In this document: piece by piece, positions 8,073 through 15,128 of the stretch
Numbering within the stretch: the first letter of the stretch is position 1
Layout: each line of letters opens with the position of its first letter
Assembly (NCBI GenBank): GCA_007130855.1
Contig: SLRS01000103.1
Coordinates: 1 to 32,585 of the forward strand
Direction of reading: 5' to 3'
DNA length: 32,585 nucleotides
Source of the DNA: Trueperaceae bacterium
Lineage (GTDB): Bacteria; Deinococcota; Deinococci; Deinococcales; Trueperaceae
The notes under the pieces: model-generated
The model's database searches: none
Seen by the model: only the letters and a program-made list of their open reading frames with translations
What the model was told of the DNA's origin: nothing
Made by a program: the position numbers and the translations under genes

Positions 8073-9194
8073 ATGGAACAGAGGGTGCTTTCACGTAAGG
8101 AGTTCCTCAGGACGGGCGCAAAGCTGGCGGTGGGGCTCACCGCAGGTATCGGGGCGATGACCCTGTTCCCGAAGCGAGCCGCCGGGGCGCCGAGCACCAT
8201 CCCTGACCTGCCCTGGCCGTACGTGGAACTGGATGTCGAGGAGGCCCGCAGGCGCGGTCATCAGGGTTTCTACTGCTCCGACCGGGCGTGCTCGTACGGG
8301 GCGTTCCACGCCATCATCTCGATGCTGCGCGAGGAGGTCGGCGAACCGTACACGCTGATGCCGACGGGATTCTTGGAGTGGGGTCGGGGAGGCGCCTGGG
8401 GCTGGGGCACCTTGTGCGGCGCGTTGACAGGCGCGCTCACTGCGATGAACATCTGCCGAGGCAAGAGCACCGCCAGCAAGCTCGGCGACGAGCTGTTGGG
8501 TTGGTATACACAGGTGGAGTTCCCCACCGACATCAGCAACCGTTATGCCGCCGAGGGTAGGTTCTACGACACGAGGAACCGTGACGAACAGGTGCAATCG
8601 ATGTGCGGGTCGCCCCTGTGTCACATCTCCGTCAACACCTGGGTGGCAGCCGCGAACGTCGACGCTACGGGTCCTGAACGACGCGAGCGGTGTGGCCGGC
8701 TCACCGGCGATGTCGTCGCATATGCCGTGCAGATCATGAATGACGATCTAAAGGACAGCTTCGCACCGCTCTACGTCGCTCCGGCTTCGGTCGCCTACTG
8801 CATGAACTGCCACGGCCGCGACGGGTTGAACGATTCGCTCGGCAAGTTCGAGTGCACGCAATGTCACGGCGACCATACTGGACGACTCGCAAACAACTGG
8901 CGCGAGAGCCTGGCTCCCACCCATGCAGCGGGAGGACACTACCCGGTCCCGTTCATCCCCAGGACGACCATCCGCGTCACCATTCCGTCGGCGGGAGCCG
9001 TGTGGCTTGCCGTGTACGACATCCACGGCAGACTGGTCAAGAACCTGATCGATCTCGAGCACTTCGCCCAGGGGCTTCACGACGTGTCGTGGGACGGGAC
9101 CGACAACTTCAACGAGCGCGTAGCGAGTGGTACGTACTTCTACCGCCTGCAGGTGGGAAGCCACACCGAAACGCAGCGCATCGTCCTCGTCTAG
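8073..9194 (+). CDS. Secreted multidomain redox protein: Tat-like signal + C_GCAxxG_C_C family domain + two CxxCH c-type haem motifs + C-terminal T9SS/FlgD-Ig-like sorting domain
   Basis: - Start: MEQRVLSRKEFLRTGAKLAVGLTAGIGAMTLFP, a Tat-like (S-R-K-x-F-L) signal with an AAAGGG RBS.
- Middle: YCSDRACSYGAF...GGAWGWGTLCGALTGALTAM matches the C_GCAxxG_C_C family.
- Haem motifs: CMNCHG and CTQCHG.
- Last ~80 aa (IRVTIPSAGAVWLAVYDIHGRLVKNLIDLEHFAQGLHDVSWDGTDNFNERVASGTYFYRLQVGSHTETQRIVLV) match the Por_Secre_tail / FlgD Ig-like CTD.
- The ORF-track start at 7800 was rejected because the upstream section is Arg-rich. Confidence 0.85.
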   Translation: MEQRVLSRKEFLRTGAKLAVGLTAGIGAMTLFPKRAAGAPSTIPDLPWPYVELDVEEARRRGHQGFYCSDRACSYGAFHAIISMLREEVGEPYTLMPTGFLEWGRGGAWGWGTLCGALTGALTAMNICRGKSTASKLGDELLGWYTQVEFPTDISNRYAAEGRFYDTRNRDEQVQSMCGSPLCHISVNTWVAAANVDATGPERRERCGRLTGDVVAYAVQIMNDDLKDSFAPLYVAPASVAYCMNCHGRDGLNDSLGKFECTQCHGDHTGRLANNWRESLAPTHAAGGHYPVPFIPRTTIRVTIPSAGAVWLAVYDIHGRLVKNLIDLEHFAQGLHDVSWDGTDNFNERVASGTYFYRLQVGSHTETQRIVLV

Positions 9195-9213
9195 CAGTCC
9201 CTCATGCCCACCT

Positions 9214-9243
9214 CCCCTTCCGACGAGCGCTCGTCGGAAGGGG
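9214..9243. terminator. Perfect 30-bp palindrome (ccccttccgacgagc|gctcgtcggaagggg) immediately downstream of the cytochrome gene
   Basis: Seen in sequence. 15-bp arms starting 20 nt after the TAG stop (9192-9194). Likely an intrinsic terminator or insulator upstream of the FGGY kinase promoter. Confidence 0.45.
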
Positions 9244-9331
9244 AGGCCGTGTGGTGGTCGCGCGGTGAGCACATTGCGAAGCCCTCCGTGGACGACGGCG
9301 CTTCAGCAGCTCCAGGAGCCCAGCCGTGCGG

Positions 9332-9360
9332 TTGACAAGGCTCGGTGCCGCCGTTGTAAT
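9332..9360 (+). promoter_or_regulatory. Near-consensus sigma70 promoter TTGACA-17-TGTAAT upstream of FGGY kinase
   Basis: A perfect -35 hexamer and a 5/6 -10 hexamer with 17-nt spacing. AGGAGA RBS and ATG 9383 follow about 20 nt after the -10. Confidence 0.55.
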
Positions 9361-9382
9361 CAGCGCGTCAGGAGAACCCTCC

Positions 9383-10885
9383 ATGAAGCACGCTCTGGGG
9401 ATCGACATCGGCGGAACGACGGTCAAGGCATCGGTCTTCGATGCCCGGGGTCGAGAACTGGGCTCCGCAGGAGAGACCACGCCGGTGGTGACCGACGAGC
9501 CGGGCAAGGTGGAGCGGGACCTCGCCCGCACCTGGCAGGGAATCCTCCAGGTGATCGCGGGAGCCTGCCAAGCCGCCCGCGTGGACCCCGCCACCATCGA
9601 CTACGTCGCTACCACCGGGCACGGCAAGGGGGCCTACCTGCGCTTCTCGGGAGAAGCGTGGCCCTCGGTGGGGATCGTCTCCAGCGACAATCGCGCCGCA
9701 CGGCTGGCGGCGGAGCTGGGATCGACGGCGGCGTACCGCAGCAGCATCCTGCCACGCATCACCCAGCCCCTGTGGCCCTCGCACTCCTCGGTCCTCCTGG
9801 CCTGGCTGCGCCGGGAGCAGCCGGAGCGCTTCGGCCGGATCGAGCAGGTCCTCTTCTCCAAGGACTTCGTCAACTGCATGCTGACGGGCGTGGCGTCCAC
9901 GGACGACACGGCCGCCACGGCCAGCGGCCTCTACCGCACCGACGACAACATGGTGGACCCCGAGGTCCTGGAGTACTTCGGCCTGACCAGCCTCGCAGCC
10001 GCGCTGCCCGAGGCGTCGCCGTCGCACCAGGTCATGGGCGCTGTCCGCCGCGAGGTGGCAACCGCGACCGGACTACGCGCGGGCACCCCCGTCGTAGCGG
10101 GTCTCTTCGACGTGAACGCCGCGGCGATCGCCTGTGCGATCCGGACCGACCGCGACCTGAGCCTCGTGGCGGGAACGTGGAACATCGCGACGGCAACCAC
10201 GACCAGCCCGGATCGCTTCGCCGCTTCGTGGGAGTCCCTGGCGGTGCAATCGCACTGCATCCCCGGGCAATGGATGGTCCACGAGGGAAGCCCCACATCG
10301 GCGAGCAACCTCGAGTGGTGGGCGCAGCGCCTCTTCGGCCTCGCTGGCATCGCCTCCTGGGACGTCATCAACGACCACGTCTTCCGGACCGAGGACACGT
10401 CTGTCCTCTTCTTCCCGTACATCTACGGCAGCCCGGGCGACCCGAAGGCCACGGGCACGCTCATCGGACTGCAGTCGGGCACCACGACCGGCGAGGTGAT
10501 CCGGGCGATCTACGAAGGCATCACCTTCCAGTTGCTCGAACACGCTCAACCGACCCTGCAGGTCGTCCCCGAGATCGACCACCTGCGCCTCGCCGGAGGT
10601 ATCAAGCGCTCTCGGCCCTGGGTGCAACTGGTAGCGGACACGTTCGGGAAGACGCTTGCGGTGGCACCGACCGACGAGATCGGCGCCCTCGGAGCGGTCA
10701 TCTGCGGCGCCGTCGGCATCGGGGCGTACGCCGACTACCCGACGGCAGTGGCGCGCATGACCAACTTCATGGATCCCTTGGAGCCGAACCCCGCACAGCA
10801 TGAGAAGCTGGCGCGGCGCTACGAGAAGTTCATGCGCACCCGGGCATCCCTCACCGCCTCCTGGTCGGCCGCCGACGACGCGTAG
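9383..10885 (+). CDS. FGGY-family carbohydrate kinase (xylulokinase/rhamnulokinase-like)
   Basis: N-terminal MKHALGIDIGGTTVKASVFD, internal ...VAGTWNIATATT... and C-terminal LRLAGGIKRSRPWVQLVADTFGKTLAV motifs match the FGGY N- and C-domains. About 500 aa. Start chosen at the ATG with RBS, not the ORF-track start at 9326. Confidence 0.9.
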   Translation: MKHALGIDIGGTTVKASVFDARGRELGSAGETTPVVTDEPGKVERDLARTWQGILQVIAGACQAARVDPATIDYVATTGHGKGAYLRFSGEAWPSVGIVSSDNRAARLAAELGSTAAYRSSILPRITQPLWPSHSSVLLAWLRREQPERFGRIEQVLFSKDFVNCMLTGVASTDDTAATASGLYRTDDNMVDPEVLEYFGLTSLAAALPEASPSHQVMGAVRREVATATGLRAGTPVVAGLFDVNAAAIACAIRTDRDLSLVAGTWNIATATTTSPDRFAASWESLAVQSHCIPGQWMVHEGSPTSASNLEWWAQRLFGLAGIASWDVINDHVFRTEDTSVLFFPYIYGSPGDPKATGTLIGLQSGTTTGEVIRAIYEGITFQLLEHAQPTLQVVPEIDHLRLAGGIKRSRPWVQLVADTFGKTLAVAPTDEIGALGAVICGAVGIGAYADYPTAVARMTNFMDPLEPNPAQHEKLARRYEKFMRTRASLTASWSAADDA

Positions 10886-12455
10886 GCGCGCCGCGCCAGC
10901 GGTCGAGGGCACGTTGCAGCCTGAACACGGAGCCCTCGCGCATACGGAACTGCCACATCTCGTCTGCCGTGGCCACCTGGAGCGTGTCGGTGCGCTCGGT
11001 CGAGGTCGTGCGCAATGATGCGAGGGGGACCGCCAGGCCGCCGAAGCGCAGCGCGTTCGGCGTGATCTCGAGCCAGTCCTCGCCCAAGCGAACCAGCGGC
11101 GCGATCGGTCCGAACGCCGAAGGCTCGTGGGCGCCTCGCGCCCACCCCCGGAGCGCACCCACTTCCTCCGCCTGCCACACGGGTCGCGCGAGCTCCGCCA
11201 GGGTCACCTCGGCCGCGGGGCAGCCGGCGGATCGGAACCTGCCCCCCGGACTCGGCTGCCAGGCCGCCCCGCAGGCCCCGCAACGCAGCTCGGCGGGCCG
11301 CCACGACGCCTCGTCGCGGCAGGTAGGGCAGCGCCACAGTACGCGTCCGAGCTTGGCGCGATCGAGCCCGCCTACGTGCACCGACTGGGGGTCCTCATCG
11401 AGGAGTTCGCCGATGGCGCGGTCCACCACCTTGGCAGCGGCGCCCCCGCCGAACGTGACCGGCGCGCCGATCCGCACCCGCACCGGGCGCAACCGCAGAC
11501 GCTCGGCCCACCGCGGTCCCGCGTCGTAGTTCCCGCAGATACCGACCGGGACGACCGGCACGGCGAGCGTCCCGAGCATGCGCGCCACCTGCGGCAACGC
11601 CCCCTGGTAGACGCCCAGCGGCGAGCGCTCACCCTCGACGAAGACGCCCACGAGCGCGCCCTGGTCGAGCCGCCGCAGCAGCTCGCGGGTCGCCGCCGGG
11701 TCGACGCGATACCGACGCAGGGGCACCGCCGCGGTGCGCCGCATGGCCCAGGCCAGTGCGCCGCCGCGGAACGCCTCGGCCGTCGCCAGGAAGTGGATCC
11801 GCCGCCAGGTCACGCACTGCAGGAACACGGGATCGGCGTAGCAGGCATGGTTCGCCACCAAGACAGCGGCGCCCGTGCGCGGAACGTGCGCCCGTCCCTC
11901 GACTCGCAGCGGCAGCGCGACGCGGGCCAACACCTGCGCAAGGCGGTAGACGTCCAACCGCGGCAGCAACCCGACCTGACGCTGGTAGCTGTGGTACGCC
12001 GCGCCGAACCGCCTGCGCAGACCGCGCTCCTCGACCAGGGCGTAGCCGACCCAGGCAGGCAGGAGGGCGGCACCGACGACCAACGCCATGCCTGCGGAGC
12101 CGATGACCAACCCGGCACCGACGACGGTCAGGTGGAAGCCTACGTACACCGGATGCCGCACCCAACGGTAGGGACCTGACACGACCAAGCGCGGTGGCGG
12201 CAACGCGCTCACGGGTAGGCCCCGTCCCCGCACGCCCAACGCCAGGATGCTCGCCAGCATCAGCGCGCCACCGCACGCCACCACGATCCAGCCTCCGGAC
12301 CACGCCTCGAGCGCGACCGGCAGGCGTCCGTCGAACCAGGTGCCCAACCACCACAGCAGGAGCGGCAAGGCCACCCAGAACACCGCGACGTACACCAGCA
12401 CGATGCCGGCGCGCGCCAACCTCGAGCCACGTTGCGCGCTCACGACCGAACCCAC
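10851..12455 (-). CDS. Fusion protein: ICMT/PEMT-like membrane methyltransferase domain + lysophospholipid acyltransferase (PlsC/LPLAT) domain + C-terminal zinc-ribbon region
   Basis: - N-terminal polytopic region with PPRLVVSGPYRWVRHPVYVGF...EERGLRRRFGAAYHSYQRQV (ICMT/PEMT signature).
- LPLAT motifs follow: NHACYAD (HxxxxD), FVEGERSPLG, VPVVPVGI.
- Then CPTCRDEASWRPAELRCGACG (four-Cys ribbon).
- GTG start with AGGAGG RBS.
- 3' end overlaps the convergent FGGY kinase by about 35 nt. Confidence 0.8.
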   Translation of the reverse strand: MGSVVSAQRGSRLARAGIVLVYVAVFWVALPLLLWWLGTWFDGRLPVALEAWSGGWIVVACGGALMLASILALGVRGRGLPVSALPPPRLVVSGPYRWVRHPVYVGFHLTVVGAGLVIGSAGMALVVGAALLPAWVGYALVEERGLRRRFGAAYHSYQRQVGLLPRLDVYRLAQVLARVALPLRVEGRAHVPRTGAAVLVANHACYADPVFLQCVTWRRIHFLATAEAFRGGALAWAMRRTAAVPLRRYRVDPAATRELLRRLDQGALVGVFVEGERSPLGVYQGALPQVARMLGTLAVPVVPVGICGNYDAGPRWAERLRLRPVRVRIGAPVTFGGGAAAKVVDRAIGELLDEDPQSVHVGGLDRAKLGRVLWRCPTCRDEASWRPAELRCGACGAAWQPSPGGRFRSAGCPAAEVTLAELARPVWQAEEVGALRGWARGAHEPSAFGPIAPLVRLGEDWLEITPNALRFGGLAVPLASLRTTSTERTDTLQVATADEMWQFRMREGSVFRLQRALDRWRGAPTRRRRPTRRR

Positions 12456-12730
12456 CCCGTCGCCCTCCTACCCCTCGACGGACCACACGCGCCGACCGAC
12501 ACCCTCCATCGCTGCCTAGAGCACCAGGTCCGCATCGACCCTGCCCCTTCCCCCCGTGCCCGAGCGGGACGCCGACAACGCCGCACCCCGTACCACACCT
12601 CCGATGCTGCCACCATCATGGTAGTTCGAGCGGCGCCGCCGCAGGCGAGCGAAGGCAGTCCACGAACCCCTCGAGCAGCGCTTCCCATGAGCTCACGCTC
12701 GTCGGTGGTCGCCGTCGTCAAGGCGCGTCA

Positions 12731-12749
12731 CGTGGGCGCCGAACGCCCA
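12731..12749. terminator. Hairpin (7-bp stem gtgggcg/cgcccac, 5-nt loop) just downstream of serine hydrolase stop
   Basis: Seen in sequence, 6 nt beyond the minus-strand stop at 12755-12757. Confidence 0.3.
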
Positions 12750-12754
12750 CCGAG

Positions 12755-14680
12755 TCAGAACAGCAGGTTCCAGTACGCCAGCACCGACAGCAAGACCAGG
12801 GCGAGAGCCGCGAGCAGCGTGAAGTGGAGGCGCGCCAGCACGTGCCAGAAGCGGCGGTACCAGGCGACGACGGCGAGCGGCGTGAGGGCGATGCCGGTAA
12901 CGATCAGCAGCACCTCCGGCACGTAGAGCAGCGGGCTCCAGGCCGGCTCGACGCCGAAGGCCGCCAGCGGCTGGCCGAGGATCGGGTCGACCGAGCCGGC
13001 GATCAGCACCACGCCGAGCAGGCTGACCAGGACCGAGCCGGCGAAGATCGCGGCGGTCCAGCGAGCGACCCGCGCCGAGCGCGGTTGCGCCCCGCGGCGT
13101 CCCCGGATCGCGCGCAGGCCGGACGCGAGCGACCAGCCGACCAGGGTGAGCAGGCAGACCAGCGCCGTACCGCCGACGGCGAGCAGCGTGACGCCGGTGG
13201 TCGCGTACCAGGGAGCCGCCGCGTACGAGACTTTGCCGTCGGTGAAGAGCAACGTGCGGCCGGTGTCGTCGCTGGCGAACACGAGGGTGTTCAGCGCACC
13301 GTAGGGGAAGACGCTGTGGCCCTCGCGCACTGCCGTGTAGACACCGGGTTCGATCTCGGCGAAGCGCGTCGACTCACCCAGGACGCTGACGCCGAGGAAG
13401 CCGTCGGCGTCGACGCGGACGTGCATGGCCTCCATCAGCCCGAGGAGGCTCTCGTCGCTGGAGTAGCTGCGCCGGTTGGCGTGGTACTCGCCGACGAACG
13501 CTCGGCTGCGCTCGGCGGCGCCGCCGGCCTGGCGTGGCGGCTCGCTGGGCGTGTCCGGGAAGAACGCGTCCAGGAGCGTGTGGAACAAGGTGAGCGGCTC
13601 GGCGTAGCCGCCGCCGCTGTACGAGACGAACAGGCCGAGGTCGTGCTCCGGGAGTAGGAACAGGCCGCTCTGGTACGAGAAGATGTCGCCGCCGTGGAAG
13701 AGCACCCGCTGGGCGTTCACGGTGCGCTCGACGAACCCGAAGGCCATGCCGTCCAGGCGCGGGTGGTGACCGAACTGCCGCGCGTGCATCATCTCGAGCG
13801 TCGCGGGTGCGAGCACGCCTCCGCCGTCGCCGAGGTGCGCGAGCATGAAGCGCGCCATGTCGTTGGCCGTGGTGCTCGTGCTGCCTGCGGGTGTCATCCC
13901 GGTGAAGACGAAGCGGTCGCGCTGCAGCTCGCCACCCACGACGCGTGAGGCCCGCGCCAGGTGAGGCGCGAGGTCGGGGGGCAGGGGTTGGGCGAAGGTG
14001 CTGCGGTCCATCGACAGCGGCGCGAAGACGTGCTCCTCGACGTAGCGCGAGAAGGGCTGACCGCTGACGCGCTCGACGATGTAGCCGGCGAGCGCCGCGC
14101 CGTAGTTCGAGTAGGCGACGGCCTCGCCCGGTCGGAAGATGCGCAGCGGCATGCGCTCGCGCAGCGCGTCCGCCAGGCTCGGCACGTCCGAGGCGTCCAG
14201 GGAGTAGCCGCCGCGGGCGTCCTCGAAGCCGGCCGTGTGGGTCAGGAGGTGCGCGAGGGTGATGGGGCCTGGCTCGCCTCGGAAGGGGTGGTGCTCGAGC
14301 GTGCGCGGTAGCGCGAAGTCGAGGTAGGTGGTGATGTCGGCGTCGAGATCGAGCAGGCCCTGCTCGACGAGTTGCATGACGGCCGTGAAGGTGAAGAGCT
14401 TCCCGATCGAGCCGATCCGGAAGAGGGTGTCGGCGTCTGCGAGGCGTCCGTCGACGAGATCGGCGTAGCCATAGCCCTCGGCCACGATGGTCTCGCCGTT
14501 CATCACCACCGCGACCGTGGCGCCGGGGATGCCGGACGCATCGAGTTGGCCCTGGACGACCGAACCGACGAGCGCCTCGACCGTCTCGGGCGTCGGCTCC
14601 ACCGACGACGCCAGCGCCGTCGACGCGAGTCCACCGAGCATCAGGAACGCGACCAGGAGACCGTTGACCGTTGTGCGCAC
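12755..14680 (-). CDS. Beta-lactamase-family serine hydrolase (class C / PBP-like, SxxK) with signal peptide and C-terminal multi-TM membrane domain
   Basis: - GTG start (14680) with GGAAGGA RBS gives the signal peptide MRTTVNGLLVAFLMLGGLASTALASS.
- Motifs FRIGSIGKLFT (SxxK), YSNYG and HTAG-like elements.
- The last ~170 aa are four hydrophobic helices (WYATTGVTLLAVGGTALVCLL...LLSVLAYWNLLF).
- The 25 codons of the ORF upstream of the GTG were rejected. Confidence 0.85.
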   Translation of the reverse strand: MRTTVNGLLVAFLMLGGLASTALASSVEPTPETVEALVGSVVQGQLDASGIPGATVAVVMNGETIVAEGYGYADLVDGRLADADTLFRIGSIGKLFTFTAVMQLVEQGLLDLDADITTYLDFALPRTLEHHPFRGEPGPITLAHLLTHTAGFEDARGGYSLDASDVPSLADALRERMPLRIFRPGEAVAYSNYGAALAGYIVERVSGQPFSRYVEEHVFAPLSMDRSTFAQPLPPDLAPHLARASRVVGGELQRDRFVFTGMTPAGSTSTTANDMARFMLAHLGDGGGVLAPATLEMMHARQFGHHPRLDGMAFGFVERTVNAQRVLFHGGDIFSYQSGLFLLPEHDLGLFVSYSGGGYAEPLTLFHTLLDAFFPDTPSEPPRQAGGAAERSRAFVGEYHANRRSYSSDESLLGLMEAMHVRVDADGFLGVSVLGESTRFAEIEPGVYTAVREGHSVFPYGALNTLVFASDDTGRTLLFTDGKVSYAAAPWYATTGVTLLAVGGTALVCLLTLVGWSLASGLRAIRGRRGAQPRSARVARWTAAIFAGSVLVSLLGVVLIAGSVDPILGQPLAAFGVEPAWSPLLYVPEVLLIVTGIALTPLAVVAWYRRFWHVLARLHFTLLAALALVLLSVLAYWNLLF

Positions 14681-15128
14681 GCTGCTTCCTTCCCATCCGG
14701 CCGGGCGACGGTGTGTGGAAGCACCGTGGTCCGGCCAACGCCCACGATAGGGCACGACGAGGACCGCCGGGCAGGACCATCCGCCCCCGACGCCTCACCA
14801 CCGCGCGCGCCGCCACCGCTCCTCGACCCCATTGCCGCGGACGTGCCCGCGTCGCGCCCGGCTCGCCACGAAGGCCCAGCGCGCCGAGCCGACGTGCATG
14901 GTCGCCCAGGTACCGCAGTATGCGAACGATCCGAGCCGTCGGCCGGCGCCGCGCCGACTCGAACGACGGAGCACGTGCGACCGTCCATCGTGGGCCACAT
15001 CAGCCCCGCCACGACCCTTCGTGCGATCACGCGACCAGCCACGGGGACGCGCCTCAGGCGTGAAACCGCCGAGCCGCTCCGAGGGGGCGTGCTAGCCTGA
15101 GCGCATCTCGAGCGTCGGAGGCTCCGTC

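Noticed and set aside
8073-8170. Interpretation of the SRKEFLR leader as a definite Tat signal
   Set aside because: Not rejected outright, but the motif is RK not RR, and c-type haem proteins are normally Sec substrates. I therefore call it 'Tat-like' only and flag the conflict rather than asserting Tat export.
14681-15128. Possible small gene in the 448-bp divergent intergenic region (e.g. ORF 14832..15095 +)
   Set aside because: All candidate ORFs are Arg/Pro-rich with no RBS or recognisable motif. Treated as the promoter region for the divergent serine hydrolase and A2M genes.
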